A stretch of DNA of 64,000 nucleotides from Candidatus Sumerlaeia bacterium (GTDB lineage: Bacteria; Sumerlaeota; Sumerlaeia; SLMS01; JANRJK01), in contig JANRJK010000013.1 in the NCBI GenBank assembly GCA_033764015.1, positions 192,001 through 256,000 on the forward strand. The letters are read 5' to 3'. A program made the translations under genes and the position numbers. The stretch's first letter is position 1. Each line of letters begins with the position of its first letter. Positions 17,978 through 28,700 of this stretch are shown piece by piece. The notes under the pieces were generated by a model. That model was not told the origin of the DNA, did no database searches, and saw only the letters and a program-made list of their open reading frames with translations.

Positions 17978-19066
17978 CTAGCCCTGCGGCTCGATGCCGA
18001 GAACCCAGGCGCCCTCCCGTGCGGCATCCCTCACCAAGTCGAGCAACGCCGACGCGTCGCCACCGCCGCCGAAGAGCGCTGCGAGCGAAGCGCCGTGGCG
18101 GGCGACAAGTCGCGCCTGCGGCGGCGGCAAGAGCCCCGCGTTCCTCCCACCGCATTGCCGCACAGAGCTGAGCCACCAAGGGAGATCAACCCGCGGAGGA
18201 CCGGAAACGCCACCCAGTGCAAGGAAGTGCTCCCAGGCGATCATGGCATCGGGGGGCAGCGACCTCCAATTCGGCGGCGACGATTCGAGGTCGGCGAAGA
18301 ACTGCGCCGTCGATCCGGTGCGCGCCGAACGCCGCGAGCACGCCCCCACGCAGAGCGCCAGCACGAGCCGCCCCGCTTGGGGCGGCAACTTAGCCGAGTC
18401 CCCGTCTAGTTCGTCGAGGGCATCGGAAACCTCGGCGCTCGTCTGTGCCGCGTTCCGCGCCCTTGCCCACCAACCGGCGTCGACCGTTCCGGGCAGGAAG
18501 AGGAAATCGCGTTCAAACTCTTCCGCATCCAGCAGGTGCAGCGTCGTGGCCCGGGAGGAATCGGCGCGGGGCGGCGCCGTCACCAGCTCCGCTGCGAAGC
18601 TGCGGATCTTCGCCGCGACGAAGGCGCCGGTGCCGTCCCACTCCGCGCCGTGAAACCCCGTCGGGCGATCCGCCGCCGCAAGCACCGCATCGAGCGCGCA
18701 TGTGTAACTGTGCGCCTGATGCCCGAACATTGGTCCCTCGAGCAACGAGACCTCGAACGCCGGCTGCGGGGTCCGCTGGAAGAGGACGAGCGTGCAAGGC
18801 GACCCCGTCCGGTCGCGCCACCAGGCCACGAGCTCCCCCTGCCGCGCGTGTGCGCTCGCGAGATAGCTGCGGACGATGTCCGGGAGCTGGTCGCCCTGGA
18901 GGACCCGGGCGCGCTCCTGGAGGAACTCGCCAGCCTGCGAGATCGTCGAGCCCGTGAACGCCCGATACGTTCGGACCGCGAGCATCATGTCGTTGTTGCG
19001 GAGAGCCGCATCGAGCTCATCCAACTGCGCCGACGTCAACGAAGCGGCCACCTTGAGTTCCACCAA
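17978..19066 (-). CDS. Hypothetical protein with N-terminal ribosomal L7/L12 C-terminal-like helical motif
   Basis: 362-aa ORF with protein-like composition; LDELDAALRNNDMMLAVRTYRAFTGSTISQAGEFLQ resembles the kI.AIk.yRe.tG.gL.eAk..ve motif. Start uncertain. Confidence 0.55.
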   Translation of the reverse strand: MVELKVAASLTSAQLDELDAALRNNDMMLAVRTYRAFTGSTISQAGEFLQERARVLQGDQLPDIVRSYLASAHARQGELVAWWRDRTGSPCTLVLFQRTPQPAFEVSLLEGPMFGHQAHSYTCALDAVLAAADRPTGFHGAEWDGTGAFVAAKIRSFAAELVTAPPRADSSRATTLHLLDAEEFERDFLFLPGTVDAGWWARARNAAQTSAEVSDALDELDGDSAKLPPQAGRLVLALCVGACSRRSARTGSTAQFFADLESSPPNWRSLPPDAMIAWEHFLALGGVSGPPRVDLPWWLSSVRQCGGRNAGLLPPPQARLVARHGASLAALFGGGGDASALLDLVRDAAREGAWVLGIEPQG

Positions 19067-19489
19067 AGAGCGATCTGGATTCCCGATAGCTGCATCGTGC
19101 TCCGGCGGCTTGCCGCTGGCAAGCGGAGCCGCGCCCCCTCGCCGGAACGCCCCTCGCCAGCGCGGGCGTAGAAGGTACCGCAGGCATCGAGTCCGCCCCC
19201 GGACTATCGCGACACCCCTAAGGGCTGCCTACCGTGAGAGTGGCCCGCCCTTGCCACCGCGCGCACCACTCCCAGCCCTTCCCGTAAGTGTCGGCGAGAT
19301 GGCATTCCACGGAACACACGAACCGGAGACTTGGAATCCCTGGTCACCTGCTTTATTCGGAATCCGAGCTGTGGAGGGCTTGGCGGAGTCGGGCACGACC
19401 GCGGGGGGGAGGGCTCGGAGGTACTGGAGCCCATGGTTGGAACCCATGGCAATTACCACGATTAGGCGGGCCTCCCGGGTCAGAGCCGC

Positions 19490-22400
19490 TTAGCCCTTCT
19501 GAAACTTGTGCAGGAGGCGCCGAGCCGCCTCCGAGTACTGTGCGATTCCGAGCGCCTCCGCTTGCGCAGCGGCGGCTTGAGCGGCTGCCGCCGCTTGCTG
19601 GCGGCCCTCGGGTGCCGGCCCCCCCCAGAGAATCGCAGCATCGACGAGCATCGCCCGGATGCGGAGTTCCACGGCGCCGTCCATCCCAGCCGCGCGATCA
19701 CGTATGGCGGCCACGATCCGATGGGCTCGCTCGAGATCGCGAGCTGAGGCACTCGCGAGCGGATGAGCGCGCGCTTCCGCCGCCGTCAGCGCGGGGATTA
19801 GCGGCTCCTTGCCCGCGCGGTTCACCCGCCTCAGCAGCACACGAGCGCGACGAGCCGGTGCCAGCGCCTCGCCGGGACGCCCCACCGCGAGCAGCGCCCG
19901 CGCAAGGTTGTTCAGGGCGTAGCCCTCGACCTGTGCCGACCCGATTCGCCGGGCGGAGTCCGCGGCCTCGGCGGCACGCTCCAGCGCCTCCGAGCCGCGT
20001 TCGAGGTGTAGCAGCAGGTTTGATTCGTTGAGCGACGCGATGGCCGCGTGTAAGGTTTGCCCGAGGCGTTGCGACAACTCGCGGCCCTGGGAGAACGCAT
20101 CCGCCGCGGCGCCGTAGCGCCCCAGCCGCTCGCGCAGGATCCCGAGGTTGATCAGGGTCGCCGCAAGCATCGGCAGGCGGCGGCACTGGCGGTAAATCGG
20201 CGCCGCCCCTGTCAGCAGGTCATGCGCCGCCGCGACCTCCCCGCGGTGCCATCGAACCATCGCCTCGTTGTTGAGCGCGTCGGCTTCCGCGGAGGGCTGG
20301 CCAGAGCGCCTCGCGACTTCGGACCCCTCCGCGAAGTCCCGCAATGCCTCGTCGTTCCGCTCCCGGGCACGAGCCAGTTCCCCTCGTGCGATCAGCGACG
20401 GCGCGAGCAAGCGGTCGATCGCGTTGCTTCTCGAATGCGCGAACGCGGCTTCAAGGTGCGGCTCCGCATCCTCATGGCGCGACTGCCTGAGCAACGCCGC
20501 GCCAAGCCAGAGCGAGGCCTCGCACTCGAGCATTCCGTTCGACAATGCCCGCGCGTCGGCGAGCGATTGCCGCAGCACGGACTCACCTTCCAAATGCTCG
20601 CCGAGCGATTGGAGGAGATAGCCGAGGCGCCCGAGCGCCCGCGCACGGGCTGCGGGGGGCAGCCCCCCCACCGATTCCTTTTCCGCAAGCGCGAGCAACC
20701 GTCGCAACGACTCGACTGCTTCCTTGAATGCGCCAAGCCGTTCGCGATGATCCGCCACACGCAACAACCAGGGAATCGCCGCAGCGGTCTGCCCCGCCAG
20801 TTCCCGGTGCCTTGCGATGGCCGCGCACACGTCACCGGAAGGCTCCGGGAAGGTCTCCTCCAGCCGCCTCGCAGCTTCCTCGTGAAGGAGCCGCTGCTGT
20901 GCGGGTAGTAGCATTTCGTAGGCAACATCCCGCGTGATCGACTGGATGAAACGCAGTAGCACCTCGTCCCCGCCCCGCCCATTCGCGGCTAGGAACTCCT
21001 TCGCCTGCAGTCCCGCGAGCGAGCGCTCCAACTCCCCCCTGACCTGCTCCAGCGAAGCCAGAAGGCCGCGCGAAAACTCGTAGCCGAGGACCGCGCCCGC
21101 CTGGAGTGTCTGCCGCATCCGCGCGCTGAGCCTGTCGATGCGCCACTGAATCACTCCGCGCAGCGTGGCGGGGACGGATCCCGAGGCGGAATCGTCCCCC
21201 CCGTCGCGTTCCAACGCGACTAGCTCCGCCTGGTAGAGCGGGTTCCCCGAGGCCCGCGAGGCAAGCTCCTCGATCTTCTCATCCGGCAGCCCCAGCCCTT
21301 CGGTGATGCGCCGAGCGAGTCTCAACGAGTCCTCCGGCGCCAGCCCGCGAAGCCGCATGACGAGGCTCGTGCATTCCCGGAGCTTCCCTTCGGGAACCTC
21401 CCCATCGCGGCCCGCAAGCAAGAGCGCGCGCCCGCCCCCTCCCGCCGCAAACTCTTCCAGGAAGCGGGCGGATAGCGCGTCGATCCATTGGAAGTCGTCG
21501 ACGACGAGGAGGACGCTTCGCCCCGCGGCCCCGTGGCCGAGCGCCTCGGCGAGCACGCGAAAGACAGACGCCCGGAGGTCCGCGGACTCGACGGCCTCGA
21601 GCGCCCGGACGGCCCACGACTCCCCGAGCAGATAGCCGATGATCGGAGCGTCCTCGGGATCGAGCCCCGGGCGCGCAGCGAAAAAGGCGCGAACACCCGC
21701 CGAACCCTCCCCTCCGCTTCCGACCTCCGCCCGCAGCCACGCCACAAACGGGGCTAGCATGAAGTGCTCGCCCTCCGGTGTCCCGCGCAGGCTGACCAGT
21801 TTCGCGCGGTCCTCGATACGATAGCCCAACTGTTCGAGAAGGCGGCTCTTCCCGATGCCCGCCTCACCGCTGACCAACGCGACCTTACCGACAGCACCCG
21901 GCCCGGGTGCGTCGAACCACTCGAGGAGCCTCGCCAGCTCGCGATCACGACCGATGAAAGGCAGCGGTGGGCGACCGCCCAAGCTGTCCGAAGTCCGCTC
22001 CGCCCCCACCCGGTGGGCCACGTAACCATCGGAGATGTTCTTGAGTACCAGCGGCTGCGTTTCCGCAATGTCCCAGCGGTGCGCCACGAGCCGCCCCGTT
22101 GTCTGGCACACGAGCACCTGACCGGGCACCGAATTCTGCTCCAAGCGCGCGGCCAGATTCACCGTCGGGCCGATGACGGCGAACTGCCGGTGGGCGCCTG
22201 CCTCCTTGACGGTTGAGAGCAACTCGCCGGTGGCGACACCCGCGCGCGCCGACAGCGCCTTGCCATCGGGCCGGCGGACTTCCGCGAGGCGCGTGACAAA
22301 ACCAGTCGCCGCGGCGACAGCACTCTCCGCGTCGTTCCCGAACGAATACGGCGCGCCGAAGACCATGAAGACGCCATCGCCCGCAAAGTCGACCACGAAC

Positions 22401-22759
22401 CCATTGTGCGCGAGCGCCTCCTCCATCGCGATCGCGGAGAACTCGTTGATGAGCCTCTCCATCACCTCCGGGTGGTACTCGCGGCTCATCGCGCTGAACC
22501 CCGAGACGTCGGCGAAGACGGCGGTCGCGACGCGCATCTCGCGCGACATCTCGGATAGAAGTCTGCGCTGTCGTTCGAGCGCTGCATCGGAGACCGCTGG
22601 GCTGCGCCGGTCGAACTGCTCGCGGAACCGCCGCTCGATGTCGTCCGCGGGCTTCGCTGCGCTTGCCGCCGAAGGCGCGGCGGTGGCGCTCCAACCGCAA
22701 AACGGGCAGTTGGTCGCGTTCGCCGCCAGCGCCTCAGCGCAAACGGGGCAAACTACCAT
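19490..22759 (-). CDS. Zinc ribbon + class III nucleotide cyclase + AAA_16/STAND ATPase + TPR protein
   Basis: CPVC...CPFC; VFADVSGFS, FAGDG, GPTVNLAARLEQ; Walker A GEAGIGKS, Walker B LLVVDDFQWID, GNPLY; C-terminal TPR-like helices. Confidence 0.92.
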   Translation of the reverse strand: MVVCPVCAEALAANATNCPFCGWSATAAPSAASAAKPADDIERRFREQFDRRSPAVSDAALERQRRLLSEMSREMRVATAVFADVSGFSAMSREYHPEVMERLINEFSAIAMEEALAHNGFVVDFAGDGVFMVFGAPYSFGNDAESAVAAATGFVTRLAEVRRPDGKALSARAGVATGELLSTVKEAGAHRQFAVIGPTVNLAARLEQNSVPGQVLVCQTTGRLVAHRWDIAETQPLVLKNISDGYVAHRVGAERTSDSLGGRPPLPFIGRDRELARLLEWFDAPGPGAVGKVALVSGEAGIGKSRLLEQLGYRIEDRAKLVSLRGTPEGEHFMLAPFVAWLRAEVGSGGEGSAGVRAFFAARPGLDPEDAPIIGYLLGESWAVRALEAVESADLRASVFRVLAEALGHGAAGRSVLLVVDDFQWIDALSARFLEEFAAGGGGRALLLAGRDGEVPEGKLRECTSLVMRLRGLAPEDSLRLARRITEGLGLPDEKIEELASRASGNPLYQAELVALERDGGDDSASGSVPATLRGVIQWRIDRLSARMRQTLQAGAVLGYEFSRGLLASLEQVRGELERSLAGLQAKEFLAANGRGGDEVLLRFIQSITRDVAYEMLLPAQQRLLHEEAARRLEETFPEPSGDVCAAIARHRELAGQTAAAIPWLLRVADHRERLGAFKEAVESLRRLLALAEKESVGGLPPAARARALGRLGYLLQSLGEHLEGESVLRQSLADARALSNGMLECEASLWLGAALLRQSRHEDAEPHLEAAFAHSRSNAIDRLLAPSLIARGELARARERNDEALRDFAEGSEVARRSGQPSAEADALNNEAMVRWHRGEVAAAHDLLTGAAPIYRQCRRLPMLAATLINLGILRERLGRYGAAADAFSQGRELSQRLGQTLHAAIASLNESNLLLHLERGSEALERAAEAADSARRIGSAQVEGYALNNLARALLAVGRPGEALAPARRARVLLRRVNRAGKEPLIPALTAAEARAHPLASASARDLERAHRIVAAIRDRAAGMDGAVELRIRAMLVDAAILWGGPAPEGRQQAAAAAQAAAAQAEALGIAQYSEAARRLLHKFQKG

Positions 22760-22784
22760 CTACGCAACTCCGGGGTCCTGCGCC

Positions 22785-25700
22785 TCACTCATAACTCATC
22801 CAACTGCCCGACCCGGCGGGCGCCGCGACGACCGTGAGGGACGCAAATGCCGCGTCGCTCAGTTTCGTTTCCGCTCCGTCGGCGTACTCCGCATAGAACG
22901 CGAGGATGTGCTGGCCCGGTTCCGCGGGCGTGATCGGCGTGGCTGTCTGCCAGACCGAGGTCGCGCCGACGCGCGTCAGGTCTACTTCCTCCGGCGAGGC
23001 GAGAGTGCCGTCCGGAAGCCGTCGCGTCAGGTAGACGCGAACCGGATCGACGCCTTCGAGCAGTGTGGCTTCGAAAATCGCCGAAGCGCCTGCGGCGATC
23101 ACCGGGGTCGGTGTCCGAGCCGAGACGATGAACGGCAGGCCGCTCGGGTCGTCGCCGGCGAACGCGTAGCGCCGCCCGAGGAACAGCGAGCCTGCGACCG
23201 CGCCGTCGTTCTTGTCCGCGACGCCGTCTCCGTTGTCGTCGAGCAGCGGGCGCACGAGGCCCGGAAGGAATGTGTCGAAGAAGTTGCGCCCGGCGCGGTA
23301 GGCGGTCCGCAGCGGTTGGCCCTGGTAGGCGCTCGAGAGGAAGCGTTGCGAGAACGAAGTGAACGGCGCGAACCAGAGGTAGAGTCCCGAATCGCCCGCT
23401 CGGCTGCCGAGGATGACCACGCGCCCCGGTGCTGAAAGCGTCGTCAGCCACTCGCCCGCGCCTGGAGTGTCGAGCACGACGACCGCGGTCGCCGCCGGGC
23501 GCGCCGTCTGGAAGCTGTCCAGCGCCGCGTCGAGCTGAGCAGCCGTGAGTGTGTCCCCTGCCGACAGCCGCAGCTCGCCAGCCGCTGCGCGGTCGCCCGC
23601 CAGGTGCACGAAGAGCCGCCCATCCGAAGGCAGTTCCGAGACCGCCCAGGTGTTGATCGACGAAACGATCTCCGCCGCGCTCACCGGTGTCGGCGTCGAC
23701 GGCGTGCGGTATCGGACCCAGGCTGGCTGGGGCACGCCGTTGTTATCCTGGAAGCGGACTTCATAGATGTTCTTCGCGAGCGCCGCGATGCCCTGGTAAG
23801 CCAAGTTGTCAAGTACCCCCGCGCCCTCTCCCGCCGCGATCAGCGCCCGGATCGCCGTCGCATCGGGGTCGGTGCCGGAGCTGATCGTCACCGTCGCGAA
23901 GCGCGGGTTCGACAGCCGCTCGTTCTGGAACGTCGCGACGAAGGAGATGTTGTACGCCCCCGGGATCGTGAACGGCTCCGCATCCACCGTCGCCTCCCAA
24001 AGCGCCGGATCCCCCGGGTTCTGAACGAGTTCGATGGTGGGAAGGTTCGACACTGGGTCGCCCGTGGGCACCGCGGGCGCCGGCGTGCGGATCGTCGCGA
24101 CGACGGAGAGCGGCGTCTGGCCCGGAAGCATCCGCGCAAAGAGGTTCACCGGCGCCGACGCCTGCACGCCGGAGGGCGTGACCGAATCAAAGGCCGGGAA
24201 GAACTGGTTGATGTCGGTGGTGGACTGCACGCCGTAGGCCCAGGTCGCGCCGAAGAACTCCTCGTTCGCGACGTCGATCCCCGCGGCGCCGCCGTCGTCA
24301 ATCTGCGGGCGCTGCTGGGCCACGCTGAACGTCTGGAAGAAGAGGTCCGCCGAGCGGAACGCCTCGCCCAGCGAGTTGCCCATGTAGGCCGAGCCGAGGA
24401 ACGTGTACATGAACGACGACAGGTCCGGAGGCGGCAGGAACACCGCTTCCGAGTCGCGGGTCGTCGAGGAGATGACGATGCGCTTCCGCTCCGTGGGGTT
24501 GCCGGCGTCCTTCGCGCAGTCGTCCACGAAGCGCCCCGAGTAGCAGCAATCCACCACGAGCGACACATCCACCGGACTCGTCGCCTGCAGGTCGTCGAGC
24601 CACGTGTCCATCTGCGTCGTCGTCAGGCCCTCCGACGGGTTCATGCGGAACGCCATGAAGTCCTCCGTCGTGTAGCCATGGTCGACCATAAGCACCAGGA
24701 GCCGCCCTGCCTCCCCGGCGAACGATCCGGTCAGGGCGTCACTCAACTCCGCAACCGTCGAGGGGCCATCGACATCGCTGATGCCATCGCCATCCACATC
24801 TCTCTCGCCGAACGCGGAAAGGTAAAGGATGTTCGCCGCCGTGTAACCACGGGCGCGGAGCACTTGGTAGGCGTACGCGCCAAGCTCGTCGGTCTGCTCG
24901 GCAATACCGTTCCCGTCATAGGGGCCGCCACCCGCGACAATGATCGCGCGGGGGGGGGCCACATCCCATATTGAAGCCGTGCCATCGCTTGAGGCGAGAG
25001 CAAGTCTTCCCGTTGCAGCGTCAAACGAAAGGCCCGTGATGTTCGCATTGTGGGCACCGTACTCCGCTACCAGGTCACCGCTTGCGACTTCCCAAATGCG
25101 GGCAGCAAAGTCGCTCTGGTTATTCTCGAACTGGCCACCACCACTTACAATTCGTTGACCATTTCCTAGGAAGCACACCTCCGAAACATCATCATCATGG
25201 CCAATCATAGTCACAATCAATGAACCATTGGCCGGATCCCACATTTTGATTGTCTTGTCCTGCGCTGAGGCCAGACGGCTTCCATCCGGCGAGTAGGCCA
25301 ATCCACTGACATGCTGCGAACCAGCCACCCAGAACCGCAGTTGGCTTCCTGTAGTGGAATCCCATATGCTTATTGTGTTATCGGAAAAAGCGGACGTTTC
25401 GATTTCAGTTCCGCCTCCCGTGGCAAGAGTTTGGCCATCGGGACTCCATGCGACGCAGTAAACGCCTGGGCCACCATGTGGTAATGTTTGTAGGAGTGCA
25501 CCAGTCTGAGTGTCCCATATCCGAGCCGTTGAATCCGACGGGCAGGCGGTAGCTAACCGTCCTCCATCGGGACTCAGCGCGACATCGACAACATTTCCAG
25601 TATGGCCTGTGAAGGCCATTTCGAAGGAAGGTGTGAGGAAGTCCCATTTCACCACTTGGCCATCGATAAGCGACGAGTAAACATGCTGCTCGTCGCTGGA

Positions 25701-28700
25701 GACAACGAAATCTAGAATTGACGAGCCCAGATAGGGAACACGACGAACCCTTGTTCCATCAATAGAATCGTAGATGCTAATCGTACCGTCATACTCGGAG
25801 ACGGCCAGTCTGCGATGGTCGCTCAACCATTGGCATCCGGTATCGCCGGCAGATGCAGAATCATAAAGCATAATCGTTCCCCCAGAGGTACTGATCCGAA
25901 AGGTCGTATTAACGCCAGTTGCGACGATAACCTCGGTGGAAGCAGAATTGAACTGGCTGGACCAACAAGGCCCGGCATCCGGGATTCCCAAATCGGTTGG
26001 GGAAAGGAAGTGGGTGAAAGTCACAAGTGATCCATCAGAAGTACGGTAGAGGCTAAGGTCACTGCGTTCGTTCCCGATCGCGACTAACAGGCCATCGGGC
26101 GAGAAGTCAGCTGCGCGGATCGAGGTGGGTTCGGTCGGGTAGGCATGGAGCTGGATCCCTGAGGCAACACTCCAAAGATATGCCTTCCCGTCCTGTCCTG
26201 CCGTTAGTAGCTTGTCGGAATCCGGACCGAAGCGCACGCGATTCACGGTACCGATGGCGGCGTTTAGCGTGCGCTCAAGCAAGTAATTGCTCGTCTCGTA
26301 CACTCGGCAGACTCCGTCGGCAGCGGCAACAGCCAGCTTGGTGCCGTCGGGCGAGAATCGAACTTCGATAACTTGCGTCCCACTCGGCGCCGCTTGGAAT
26401 CGCAATTCCTTCTGCCCCGTGGACGGATCCGCGATCACCACTTCCCCCTTCTGATTTCCGTAAGCGATTCTTGACTGATCGGGCATCCAGTCTACTGACA
26501 CCAACGTGGATGGGTATGCTGCAAAAGGGATGTCTTCGATCCTCAGCAACTGAACTCCCGAGAGTGGATCCCAGATTCGAATTGTTCCGTCGCGGCTGAC
26601 GCTCGCGAGCTTCTGCCCGTCTGGCGAGAATCTCGTATTGAGGACCGGTTTTCTGTGTCCCGTCAAGGTTCTGACGAGGGTACCAGTAGCACGATGAAAA
26701 AGTAGAATCCCCGCTGCGCTGGCGGAGGAGACGAAACGTCCTAGGGGATCGTCCTCGGACGCGGCTAGGAACCCGCCACCAGCCCGCTGGGTGGGAAGCG
26801 AAACCTCAGCAGGCTCCGTCTCTGGAATCGCAAAGGGGAGCGGTGTAACTCCGTTTCCCGCAATATCCTGCGATCCTCCGAGGTTTGGCCCCGGGGATGG
26901 TAGACCTGGAAGGAATTGATTCGAGAATCCCTGACACGTCGGGTCGGAAATCACCGCGAAGAGCTTGATGGTGCTTCCAGCGGGCGGCAACCCAAGCATC
27001 GAGAGCGGTACTCCCAGCTCTATCCCCGTTGCCACACTTTCCGGGTTTCCTGTCTGCGACCAACCAAAGGCGTACCCGGAACGGACGCCTTGTGTGTTGG
27101 AATTGTTAAGTCCCACTTCTAATCCCAAGCCGACATCCGCGAACGAGGGTCCCGTGACGTCATAGAAATCCCACAGGTGGCTATCTACTGCATCTAATCC
27201 TGGAGCCAATAGGTTGTAGGTCCAACGGAAATTCGGTGGGCCAAAGTCGACTGACAGTATAGTAGTCGCCCGGAATCCTGCAGGAAGCTGTGTCCCTCCT
27301 AAATTTCCCGGAGCGAAGTGCTCTTCACCGCCCGCGACACCTGGAAAAGTCCCCGAATATCCACCGGCGGCGGCAGGGTTGTCGAAGAAAAGTAGCAGTT
27401 TGTTGTGATTCGTTTCGAGGTTCCCGGCAAAAAACATGTACAGCATGTCCCCGTCGCTGGTTAGGTAAAGGGCATCCAACTCGGATCCGCCGCCGCCAAC
27501 CAGTTGTCCTGAGATCGGATCACCGAAACCTGTGTTGGTGGTTTGCACTGCCACAGGTGAACCATAATGCTCCGCATCTAGGGTCCCATCTACCCGTGGC
27601 TTTAGAGTCGAAGCCGCCGGTGTCGGCGTCGGCACCGGCGTTGGCGTCGGTTGCGGCCCGGGCCCCGTCGGCACAACGGCGAAGATCATCGCTCGCGTGG
27701 CGGTACCTCCGGAGGTGAAGTCGATCCACGTTGGCGTCGTGATCGTCGTTGTCGCCTGACGCCCGGGGCTGTCGGTCGAAACCGCCGCCGCCCAGAGCTC
27801 CCACGAATCGCCATCCCAGTAATAGAAGTCTGCGGACGAAACGCTGCGCGACGACGGGATGTCGTCGACGAACACCGTCCCCGCGTAGGCGCTAGCGTCG
27901 TTCTCAAGCTCAAGCGTCAGCTCGAGCGGGACCGCGAACGTTGCCGGTGGCGGCGTCGCGGGGTTCTCCGCGTTCGAGAAGACGATCTCCTTGATCGTCG
28001 CGTTCGTCGCGGGGAGGCCCAGCCCCGCGAGCCGGCTCGGCCACGCGGCGGACCACGGCCGCGTCCCCGGGAGCCCGGGCGCTTCCGGATTCAGGATGTC
28101 CCACGGCGTCGTGATCGTGACGAAGTGGTCCTCGGAGAGCGCGCCCTCCGGTACGGACAGCTTGATCCGGTCGTAAAGCGGCTCGAACAGACCACCCCGT
28201 CCGCGCGGCGACGAGGGCCGCGGCGCACTGGATCGCGCGGGCCCGCCGATCACGGACTGAGCCGTCTTGGCACGTCCCCGCGTGATGTTGCCGATCCCGA
28301 GCGACTCGCCCCAGTCGCCTGAGAAGGACACGGTGTAGGCTGTATCGCCCGTTGTCCCGACGTTGCGAATCCTGATCAGGTGCACACCGACCGGCGGATC
28401 GAGCGACGTCCACGTCTCCTCCGCGCCGATGCCGGCTCCCTCCTCGTCAATGCAGTAGGAGCTGCTTCCGCACGTCGGGGGCTGGCCATCGATCCAGATC
28501 TCCAGCACCACATCGGCGTCTGCGCCGAGTTGCGTCACCCGCACCGTGTGCGGAAGCCCCGGCTGCACCACCTGAAAGCGGATCCAGTCCTCGTCGCCCG
28601 TTGAGTGAAACGTGTGCGACTGGGACTGGCTTGCCAGAATGAAATTGAACGTCCCGGGGCCATTGTCCGCCAGAGCCTCGAACTCGTCCGGCGACGCGCC

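Noticed and set aside
19229..19459. 76-aa small ORF between the cyclase and the hypothetical gene
   Set aside because: No recognisable motif or convincing coding bias; cannot be supported.
8111..22759. Simple model in which the cyclase makes cAMP that activates the local Crp protein
   Set aside because: The Crp protein lacks the GE...R cNMP-binding cassette and the cyclase lacks the adenine-selecting Lys, so the link is not supported by sequence.
24950..26720. Repetitive pattern as possible CRISPR or DNA tandem repeat
   Set aside because: Repeats exist only at the protein level (WD40) and are diverged in DNA; no identical repeat-spacer structure anywhere in the window.
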